Assembly (NCBI GenBank): GCA_028718785.1
Contig: JAQULB010000003.1
Location: 74,228-138,227 of the forward strand
Origin: Minisyncoccota bacterium
Lineage (GTDB): Bacteria; Patescibacteriota; Minisyncoccia; Minisyncoccales; CG1-02-41-26
Length of the DNA: 64,000 nucleotides
Reading direction: 5' to 3'
How positions within the stretch are numbered: position 1 is the first letter of the stretch; each line of letters begins with the position of its first letter. The notes beneath the pieces are model-generated. The model was given only the letters and a program-made list of their open reading frames with translations, was not told the origin of the DNA and ran no database searches. Made by a program: the position numbers and the translations under genes. Positions 38,575 through 49,598 of the stretch are shown one piece after another.

Positions 38575-39414
38575 ATGATACTCATATATATTGTGGTTTT
38601 TATTTTTGGGTGTTTAATGGGCAGTTTTTTGAATTGCGTTGTTTATAGAATGGAGAATAAAAAAAGTTTTTTGCGAGGCCGGTCTTTTTGCCCAAAATGC
38701 AAGCACACATTGGCTTGGCATGATTTAATTCCAATTTTTAGTTTTTTAAGTTTGAAAGGCAGGTGTAGGTATTGTAAAGAGAAAATAGCTATTCAATATT
38801 TGTTGGTGGAGATGGCAACAGGAGCGCTCTTAATTTTAAATTTTAAGTTTTTAATTTTTAATCAATTTTTTATTTTTAATTTTGAGTTTTTAATTATAAC
38901 CGCATACTTAATTTTAATAAATAGTTTGCTTGTTGTTATTTTCATTTACGATTTAAAACACTATATAATTCCCGATAACATTGTTTTTTCTGCCATAGCG
39001 GTTGCATTTTTGGGTGATTTATTTGGATTTTTTAATTTTAGACATTTGGATTTTTTTAAAAATTTTGATTTTGGATTTAGGATTTTTGAAAATTTTAAAA
39101 TGCCACTTATTGCCGCTATTTCTGCTGGCGGATTCTTTTTTTTAATGTGGTTAATATCTCGTGGTGAGTGGCTGGGTTTTGGCGATGTAAAGCTGGCGTT
39201 ATTTATGGGATTATTTTTGGGCTGGCCCAATGTTTTAACAGCTTTATTTTTTGCTTTTATTTCAGGGTCTGTGATTGGTTTATTTTTAATTGTTGCTCAA
39301 AAAAAGAAAATGAAAAGTCAAGTGCCGTTTGGGCCATTTCTTATTGCTGGAACATTTTTTGCTTTATTTTGGGGAGAGAAAATAATAAATTGGTACTTAG
39401 GACTTATAACATAG
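38575..39414 (+). CDS. pilD: Prepilin peptidase (A24 family)
   Basis: An N-terminal Cys motif (CPKCKH...CRYCKEKI) and the catalytic GFGDVKL context are present. It contains a Phe/Ile/Asn-rich low-complexity insert. Confidence 0.8.
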   Translation: MILIYIVVFIFGCLMGSFLNCVVYRMENKKSFLRGRSFCPKCKHTLAWHDLIPIFSFLSLKGRCRYCKEKIAIQYLLVEMATGALLILNFKFLIFNQFFIFNFEFLIITAYLILINSLLVVIFIYDLKHYIIPDNIVFSAIAVAFLGDLFGFFNFRHLDFFKNFDFGFRIFENFKMPLIAAISAGGFFFLMWLISRGEWLGFGDVKLALFMGLFLGWPNVLTALFFAFISGSVIGLFLIVAQKKKMKSQVPFGPFLIAGTFFALFWGEKIINWYLGLIT

Positions 39415-39433
39415 AATGTATAATGTATAACAT

Positions 39434-40024
39434 ATGAAACTCATTAAAACAATTTCTAAATTACGGCCTATGTTTTATGGCCTACATTCTACGAGAAGGG
39501 GGTTTACTTTAATTGAGTTGATGGTTTCCATTACTGTTATAATAATTATTTCCGCCGCTTTTTTGGCTGGTAAAAGCAAAGAAGAAGAAAAAATGGCTTT
39601 GAATATGTCAGCTTTTACATTTAGCCAAACCCTTAGAGAATATCAAGAAAAAGCCCTATCGGGCGAGAGTATTATTTGTCCAAGTCCTTCAAATAGTATT
39701 TGCGGGTTTGGAGCGCGCCTTATCGATGGAAATGATTATTTTACTCCCTTTGTTGATTGCTCTAATAATTGTGGCTCAAGCAACCACAGATTAACTGGAG
39801 GAGATTTAACTTTGCCGAATGTCAAATTTGGATCAAAAGTTAAAATTTGCTCTGTAACAGGTGGCACTCTTGATGTGGTGTTCACTCCTCCAGATCCAGC
39901 AGTTTATTTTAACAGCGCTGGGTGGTCGTCTGGAGAAGGAGCTATTAACCTTTGCTTAAAAGCAGACACAAATCAAATTAAAACAATTAACTTAAACCAT
40001 GCTGGAAAAATTGAAATTCAATAA
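39434..40024 (+). CDS. Pseudopilin (prepilin N-terminal motif)
   Basis: It carries the RRGFTLIELMVSITVIIIISAAF signature. Confidence 0.75.
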   Translation: MKLIKTISKLRPMFYGLHSTRRGFTLIELMVSITVIIIISAAFLAGKSKEEEKMALNMSAFTFSQTLREYQEKALSGESIICPSPSNSICGFGARLIDGNDYFTPFVDCSNNCGSSNHRLTGGDLTLPNVKFGSKVKICSVTGGTLDVVFTPPDPAVYFNSAGWSSGEGAINLCLKADTNQIKTINLNHAGKIEIQ

Positions 40025-40499
40025 AATAAAAGAAAGGGCATTCACATTGGTGGAGGTTTTTGTGGCTATTTCTGTTCTTTCAATTGGCGTGGTGGGTTCT
40101 TTTGGGGTTTTGCCGGTTATGATTAAAAATCAAGCAATAAACACTGACACTTTTATTGCTTCTCGACTTGCCAATGAGGGAATGGAGCTGGTTAGGAATT
40201 TACGAGATGAAAATTGGCTGAAAGAACAAGATTGGACAGCTGGCTTAACTAATTGCCCCGTTGGAACGGGCTGTGAAATTGATTATAATGACCCTGCTTT
40301 AAGCGTAAATCAAAACAGATTTTTAAAGCTGGATAGTGATAGTTTTTATAAATATGATTCTGGGGTAAACAGCAAGTTTAAAAGAAAAATTATCACCAAT
40401 AAAATAGACGCTACAACTTTAAATGTGAAAGTTGAAATATCCTGGAGTGGAAAGGGTTCACCGCTTATGGTGGAAGAAAATTTTTATGACTGGCGGTAA
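39999..40499 (+). CDS. Pseudopilin (PilV-like)
   Basis: It carries the RAFTLVEVFVAISVLSIGVVG signature. Confidence 0.7.
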   Translation: MLEKLKFNKIKERAFTLVEVFVAISVLSIGVVGSFGVLPVMIKNQAINTDTFIASRLANEGMELVRNLRDENWLKEQDWTAGLTNCPVGTGCEIDYNDPALSVNQNRFLKLDSDSFYKYDSGVNSKFKRKIITNKIDATTLNVKVEISWSGKGSPLMVEENFYDWR

Positions 40500-40687
40500 G
40501 TAAGTCCTCCGTTAGCAAGGGCGAGGCGGTTAGCCAAAGCCAAAGCTTACGGAGGACTTACCCCGTGAAGTAGAAATTTGCTCTGCAAATTTCAATTTTA
40601 AATTTTTTATTAAAAATTTAAAATTACTTCACAGGGTTGCTTAATAAATCACTTCACGGGGTATTTAACTTTTTAACTCAATCTTTT
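40497..40687 (+). repeat. Intergenic hairpin-array element, copy 7
   Basis: H1 is TAAGTAAGTCCTCCGT...ACGGAGGACTTA. H2 arms are at 40561-40572 and 40625-40636, with an extra half-arm CACTTCACGGGGTA at 40650-40663. Confidence 0.8.
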
Positions 40688-41236
40688 ATGCTCAAAAATT
40701 TTCTAAAAAATATTAATTGTCAGGGCATGACACTACTTGAAATATTAGTGGCTTTAAGCGTTTTTTCCATTGTAATAACTGGAGCTATAAATTTATTTTC
40801 TTCTTTAATTAAATATCAAAAAAATCTTTTAGATAGAGCTTATGTTTTAAGCTCTGTTTCATATTCCACAGAGTATATGTCAAAAGCCATAAGAATGGCT
40901 CAAAATGATGCAACTGGAAAATGCATCACAGCGGGAAATAATTTTGCTTTAACTGCTGGGCCAAATCTTGAATTTTTAAACAGCAACAACGACTGCCAAG
41001 AATTTTTTTTGGAAAATGGCGCTATTAAAGTTAGGAAATTAAGCATTGCTCAAAACTTAACTCCTTCTAATATTATAATAGAGGGTCTTAATTTTTTTGT
41101 ATCGGGAGATGGCCAAAGCAATACCCTTCAGCCCAAAGTTACTTTTTCAGTAAAAGCCAAGGCCAAAAATAGCGCAACTCCTTCTCTTGTAATTCAAACC
41201 ACTATTTCCCAAAGAATGCTTGATTCTGCTTATTAG
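40688..41236 (+). CDS. Pseudopilin (PilW-like)
   Basis: The ATG at 40688 gives MLKNFLKNINCQGMTLLEILVALSVFSIV. The tracked TTG start at 40637 lies inside repeat copy 7. Confidence 0.7.
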   Translation: MLKNFLKNINCQGMTLLEILVALSVFSIVITGAINLFSSLIKYQKNLLDRAYVLSSVSYSTEYMSKAIRMAQNDATGKCITAGNNFALTAGPNLEFLNSNNDCQEFFLENGAIKVRKLSIAQNLTPSNIIIEGLNFFVSGDGQSNTLQPKVTFSVKAKAKNSATPSLVIQTTISQRMLDSAY

Positions 41237-41267
41237 TTTTTACATTAATAATTATGGGAGTAAAAAT

Positions 41268-41639
41268 ATGATTAAACAAAGAAAATCCACTTCTATTTCT
41301 TCAACCAACAAAGAAAAAGGCATAGCTTTATATATGGTTATTGTGTTGCTTTCAGTTTTTATGGCAGTGGTTTTAACTTTAACAAGTGTTTCGTTGAGTC
41401 AAATAAGGGTTTCTTGGCAAGCCGGGGATTCGTCTAGGGCCTTTGGAGCGGCAGATAGCGGTGTTGAGCAAGCTCTTTACAACATCAGGAAGCTTGGTTC
41501 TTTTGAAGACATTACCACTCCGGTGGTTTTATCTAATGGATCAAGTTATACTGTGGATATTACCATGGTTGGGGAGGGGGCCACGATTCAATCAAAAGGA
41601 ATTTTTAAAAATACCAGAAGAAGCATAGAAGCAAAATAT

Positions 41640-41642
<3 letters not shown>
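41268..41642 (+). CDS. PilX-like minor pilin/hypothetical
   Basis: The ATG at 41268 has GGGAG 8 nt upstream. It has a hydrophobic segment (GIALYMVIVLLSVFMAVVL). Confidence 0.55.
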
Positions 41643-44867
<3,225 letters not shown>

Positions 44868-45046
44868 TTTTTAAAAAAGAGTATAATATTTGCAGCATAT
44901 TTTTTAGTCAGCATTATAGGATATATAATTAGTTGGTATAGAGGCAATTTTGATTAACAAAAAAGAGCAAATAAATTTTTTAATAGATTAATTACAAACA
45001 AATTTGCAAAAATCATAACACTTGATAAATCTGAGTAATTAAAAAG

Positions 45047-45742
45047 ATGCCTTATATATTTTTAGATGAAAGCGGACAATTTAGTAAACATAACGGTGAA
45101 AAATTTTTTGTTGTTGGTTCTTTCACTGTTGGTAATTGGCGACGGACAGAAAGACAATTTTATTCTTGGCAAAGGCTTAAATTTCCTAAAAAACTTTGCT
45201 CTCAACCAGAAATTAAATTTTCGGGAATTAAAATTACTGAAAAACTTCGATTAAGGACCTTAAAATTTATTGCTGATCTTGATGTTAGAATTAACTATTC
45301 ATTTTTATCAAAGCAAAACATTCCTGATGACTACAAACAAAAAGATAAACTCCAAAGTGGGCTTTTATATACAAATATTATTGGCGAGACGTTAGAAATG
45401 TATCTACCAGTTACTGATTTAGAATTTAGGGTATTTTGCGACGAACGTCACCTAAAGGGCATTAAGCGTTCGGAGTTTAAACGACTTCTTGTTGCCAGGT
45501 TATTACCCCAATTGCCGAAGAATTCCATCATTCAGATTGAGATGGTTAGTTCGGATCAAAACGCAAACATTCAGATTGCCGATTGGATAGCTGGCGCTTT
45601 AGCGTGGTCATTAGAAGGTAAGCCACTTGGCAAAGATTGTTGCGCCATTTTAAAAAACAATATTTTAAAAGAGGGTAAAGAGTTATTTCAAAATTATTGG
45701 GAAAATAAATTTTTAAAACAAAAATCTCAATCAAGCGATTGA
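45047..45742 (+). CDS. DUF3800-family protein
   Basis: The N-terminal YIFLDESG and C-terminal IQIADWIAGA motifs are typical of DUF3800. Confidence 0.6.
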   Translation: MPYIFLDESGQFSKHNGEKFFVVGSFTVGNWRRTERQFYSWQRLKFPKKLCSQPEIKFSGIKITEKLRLRTLKFIADLDVRINYSFLSKQNIPDDYKQKDKLQSGLLYTNIIGETLEMYLPVTDLEFRVFCDERHLKGIKRSEFKRLLVARLLPQLPKNSIIQIEMVSSDQNANIQIADWIAGALAWSLEGKPLGKDCCAILKNNILKEGKELFQNYWENKFLKQKSQSSD

Positions 45743-45907
45743 GAACTTTGTTAGAAGTAGCGTCTTAAAGAATGGTTGTCCACAGCTTAAGTCCCGGATT
45801 CTCCGAGGGAACACCATGGCATCCTCTAAGCTATTATTGCGTACTTCTAATAAGAAGTATAACACATAATTTTTAAAAGTAAAGTCAAGAGGATTTATCC
45901 ACAGAGG

Positions 45908-45935
45908 TTGACATTTTTTCAATAATGATTATAAT
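45908..45935 (+). promoter_or_regulatory. Consensus sigma70-type promoter upstream of rpoB
   Basis: TTGACA (45908-45913), a 16-nt spacer and TATAAT (45930-45935) are present. This leaves a leader of about 240 nt. Confidence 0.6.
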
Positions 45936-46174
45936 TATAACTAATTGAATTGAGTTGACTTTTACAGCTTTGTTTTTCAAACTTTTTTTAGAGATTTAGA
46001 AATATTAAAAAAATAAGCTCCCCCTTTGTTGGAGGGAAGTTTTGTTGTTTTTAATTCTTTATTTTCTTCTCTAAACTTTTTTCGTTATTTTTTTAATCTA
46101 AAAATTCTCTCTTCTCCCTAAATGTTGGCTGGTTTTTTATTTGGCGTTCTTTGGAAAATCAGCTTGATTAAAAT

Positions 46175-49100
46175 ATGCAAACAAAAAGCTTTTCTAAATC
46201 TAAATTGTCTTTTCATTTGCCTTACTTATTGCAAATGCAAAAAGACAGCTGGAATCAATTATGGGAAAAAGAATTGCAAGAGTTATTTGAAGAAATGTTT
46301 CCCATTAGAGATTACACAGGCAAGCAGTTTGAGTTGGGTTTTGTGAGTTTTAAGCTGGAAAAACCAAAATATAAATCTGGTGATGAAGCTAAGGAAAACG
46401 ACGACACCTTTGATGCCTCAATGAGGGTTAGGTTTTCTTTGAAAAATTTAAAAACAGGTGAAATAAAAGAACAAGAAGTGTTTTTAGCCGATTTTCCGTT
46501 GATGACCGAAAACGGCATTTTTATTATAAATGGAGTGGAAAGAGTGGTTATTCCCCAGCTTATTAGGTCTTCTGGAGTTTTTTTTACAGCGCGGCCATTT
46601 AGAGGAAAAAATTATTTTGGCGCAAAAATTATTCCCACAAGGGGCGCTTGGCTTGAATTTGATACTGACGCTTCTGGATTTTTGGGAGTTAAAATTAACC
46701 GCCAAAGAAAAGTGGCAGCTACCACTCTATTAAAGGCGTTGGGTTTATGGGAGAGAGCAAAAATTGAAAAAGAGTTTGCCAGCATTGATAAGGGAGAAAT
46801 AAAATATATTGAAAAAACTTTATCAAGAGATAACACCACCAGCCAAGAGGATTCTTTTGTTGAAATTTATAAAAAAATAAGGCCGGGAGATTTGGTTAGC
46901 CCAGATGCGGCTAAGGACTTAGTTTTGAATATGTTTTGTAATTTCCAACGATATGATTTAAGTAAAGTGGGTAGGTGGAAATTTTGGGAACGATTAGAAG
47001 AAAATGTGGAGAAAAAACCCAGAGAAAACATAGGCAAGGAGGAGCGAGTTTTAACTTTGCAGGATGTTATTTTGGTGATTAAAGAAATTATTCGTTTAAA
47101 CAACGATCCCGAAGCCAAGCCAGACCAAATAGATCATTTAGGGAACAGGAGAATTAGAAATTTAGCTGAATTAGCGGCAGGCCGGTTAAGAGTGGGGTTT
47201 ATGAGAATGGAAAGAATTATTAAAGATAGAATGTCCACTTTAGACGCTGCCACAATTACTCCTTCTCAAATTATTAATCCAAAGCCAATGATGGCGGTTA
47301 TTCAAGAATTTTTTTCTGCTTCGCAGTTTTCCCAATTTATGGATGGTGAAAATCCTTTAGCTGAACTTGAACATAAAAGGCGTTTAACAGCAACAGGGCC
47401 TGGGGGGCTAACTCGAGAAAGAGCTGGTTTTGAAGTGAGAGATGTTCAGCCAAGTCACTACGGACGAATTTGTCCCATTCAAACTCCAGAAGGACAAAAT
47501 GTTGGGCTTATTAACCACTTGGCCTCTTTTGCTAAAGTGAATACTTTTGGATTTTTGGAAACCCCATATTTTAAAGTAAAAAACGGCAGAATTACCGATG
47601 ATACTTTTTATTTAACCGCCACTCAAGAAGAAAAATGCAATATTACTCACGCTGGTGTGGATTTTAACGAAAAGGGAATGATGGTGGAAGATGAAGTGGA
47701 GGCCAGAAAAAAAGGCGAACCGCGAAAAATTAGCAAAATGGAAGTTGATTACATAGATGTTTCTTCAAAGCAACCATTGTCTGTGGCCACCTCTTTAATT
47801 CCTTTTTTACAAAATGACGACGCTAACAGAGCTTTAATGGGTTCAAATATGCAACGACAAGCCGTGCCTCTTGTTATGCCTCAAGCTCCTTTGGTGGGCA
47901 CTGGCACAGAAAGAAATGTGGCTATTGATTCTGGAGAAACTATCATAGCTCCAGAAAGTGGCGTTATTACTGAAGTTGACGCAAGCCAGATAAAATTAAA
48001 AACTAAGTCAGAAACTTTAACCTTTAATTTAAGAATTTTTCAAAGAAGAAACCAATACACAGCCACCCATCAACGGCCAATTGTTAAAAAAGGAGATCAA
48101 GTTAAAAAAGGAGATGTTTTAGCAGATGGAGCCGCAATCGACCAAGGCCGATTAGCTTTGGGCAGAAATATTTTTGTGGCCTTTTTACCCTTTAGGGGGT
48201 GTAATTATGAAGACGCTATTGTGGTTTCAGAACGATTAGTAAGAGACGATGTTTTTACCTCCATTCATATTGAAGATTTCACTTGCGATGTTCGAGACAC
48301 AAAGTTGGGCCCAGAACTCACCACTTGCGACATTCCCAATGTTTCAGAAGAAAAGCTAAAGGATCTAGATGAAGAAGGCGTGGTGAGGGTTGGGGCTGAA
48401 GTTGGGCCAAACGATATTTTGGTTGGGAAAATTTCTCCCAAGGGAGAAAAAGTTTTAACTGCTGAAGAAAGATTGTTAAAAGCTATTTTTGGAGAAAAAG
48501 CTAAAGAGGTTAAAGATACTTCTATGAGAATGGAACATGGCAAAAGGGGCAGAATTGTTAAGGTAAAAATCTTTTCAAGAGATAAAGGCGATAAATTAGA
48601 ACCAGGCGTTTTAAAAAGAATTAAAGTGGAAGTGGCTCAAATTAGAAAAGTAAAGGTGGGTGATAAATTAGCGGGAAGGCATGGCAACAAGGGAATTGTG
48701 GGAAGGGTTATTCCGGTTGAAGAAATGCCTTATATGGAAGATGGTACTCCGGTTGATATTGTTTTGAATCCATTAGGCGTTGTGTCAAGAATGAATATTG
48801 GCCAAATTTTGGAAACCCATTTGGGCTGGGCGGCGCATGAATTAAACTATTTAGCTATTACTCCATCATTGTTGGGAGCAACAGAAAAAGATATTAAAGA
48901 AGAATTGGTGAAAGCCGGACTTCCTGAATCTGGGCAAATTAAGCTATACGATGGAAAAACTGGCCAGCCATTTCCAACTAATATAACTGTGGGATATATG
49001 TATATGATGAAGCTTATCCATATGGTTGAGGATAAAATTCATATGCGTTCAATCGGGCCATATTCTTTAATTACTCAACAGCCCCTTGGAGGAAAAGCGC

Positions 49101-49396
49101 AGTTTGGAGGCCAGAGGTTTGGAGAAATGGAAGTTTGGGCCTTGGAATCGTATGGGGCGGCTCATACTTTGCAGGAAATGTTAACCATTAAATCTGACGA
49201 TGTGCCAGGCAGAGTTGCCACATACGAAACAATTTTAAAAGGAGAGGCGGTAAAAAAGCCAAATGTTCCAGCCAGTTTTAATCTTTTGGTTTCTGAGTTA
49301 AAATCGCTTGGTTTGAACATTGAAATAAAAGGCGTTTTTACAGACGAGGATGAAGAAGAAACATATAGCCATAGAGGAGACAAAAAAGAAGCATAA
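46175..49396 (+). CDS. rpoB: DNA-directed RNA polymerase beta subunit
   Basis: The 1073-aa protein carries conserved blocks (FGEMEVWALE, GRHGNKG, NMQRQAVP). Confidence 0.97.
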   Translation: MQTKSFSKSKLSFHLPYLLQMQKDSWNQLWEKELQELFEEMFPIRDYTGKQFELGFVSFKLEKPKYKSGDEAKENDDTFDASMRVRFSLKNLKTGEIKEQEVFLADFPLMTENGIFIINGVERVVIPQLIRSSGVFFTARPFRGKNYFGAKIIPTRGAWLEFDTDASGFLGVKINRQRKVAATTLLKALGLWERAKIEKEFASIDKGEIKYIEKTLSRDNTTSQEDSFVEIYKKIRPGDLVSPDAAKDLVLNMFCNFQRYDLSKVGRWKFWERLEENVEKKPRENIGKEERVLTLQDVILVIKEIIRLNNDPEAKPDQIDHLGNRRIRNLAELAAGRLRVGFMRMERIIKDRMSTLDAATITPSQIINPKPMMAVIQEFFSASQFSQFMDGENPLAELEHKRRLTATGPGGLTRERAGFEVRDVQPSHYGRICPIQTPEGQNVGLINHLASFAKVNTFGFLETPYFKVKNGRITDDTFYLTATQEEKCNITHAGVDFNEKGMMVEDEVEARKKGEPRKISKMEVDYIDVSSKQPLSVATSLIPFLQNDDANRALMGSNMQRQAVPLVMPQAPLVGTGTERNVAIDSGETIIAPESGVITEVDASQIKLKTKSETLTFNLRIFQRRNQYTATHQRPIVKKGDQVKKGDVLADGAAIDQGRLALGRNIFVAFLPFRGCNYEDAIVVSERLVRDDVFTSIHIEDFTCDVRDTKLGPELTTCDIPNVSEEKLKDLDEEGVVRVGAEVGPNDILVGKISPKGEKVLTAEERLLKAIFGEKAKEVKDTSMRMEHGKRGRIVKVKIFSRDKGDKLEPGVLKRIKVEVAQIRKVKVGDKLAGRHGNKGIVGRVIPVEEMPYMEDGTPVDIVLNPLGVVSRMNIGQILETHLGWAAHELNYLAITPSLLGATEKDIKEELVKAGLPESGQIKLYDGKTGQPFPTNITVGYMYMMKLIHMVEDKIHMRSIGPYSLITQQPLGGKAQFGGQRFGEMEVWALESYGAAHTLQEMLTIKSDDVPGRVATYETILKGEAVKKPNVPASFNLLVSELKSLGLNIEIKGVFTDEDEEETYSHRGDKKEA

Positions 49397-49598
49397 ATGA
49401 GTTGTTGGTGAAAGCGAGCTGTTAAGCGAAGCTTGAGCCTATAACGAATTTACCCTGTGAAGTAAATTTAAATTTTTAGCAAAAAATTTAAATTAGAAAT
49501 TTGCTTCACAAATTTCTACTTCACGGGGTGTAAGTATTCGTAAAATTTTTCCGCAAATTTTACGAACAAAATTAGCGGAAAAATTAACGACTACTAAC
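49394..49598 (+). repeat. Intergenic hairpin-array element, copy 9 (between rpoB and rpoC)
   Basis: H1 is TAAATGAGTTGTTGG...CCTATAACGAATTTA. H2 arms are CCCTGTGAAGTA (49453-49464) and TACTTCACGGGGTG (49517-49530). H3 has interleaved stems. The element ends TTAACGACTACTAAC-ATG. Confidence 0.85.

Noticed and set aside
38820-38935. AT-rich low-complexity stretch inside pilD as another copy of the intergenic element
   Set aside because: It shares only generic TTTTAAATTTT composition with H2 interiors, lacks the conserved arms and stays in frame within the peptidase.
40637-40687. TTG start at 40637 for the PilW-like pseudopilin
   Set aside because: The first 17 codons would be encoded by repeat copy 7 (the H2 3' arm). 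The ATG at 40688 gives a normal short leader peptide before the GMTLLE cleavage motif.
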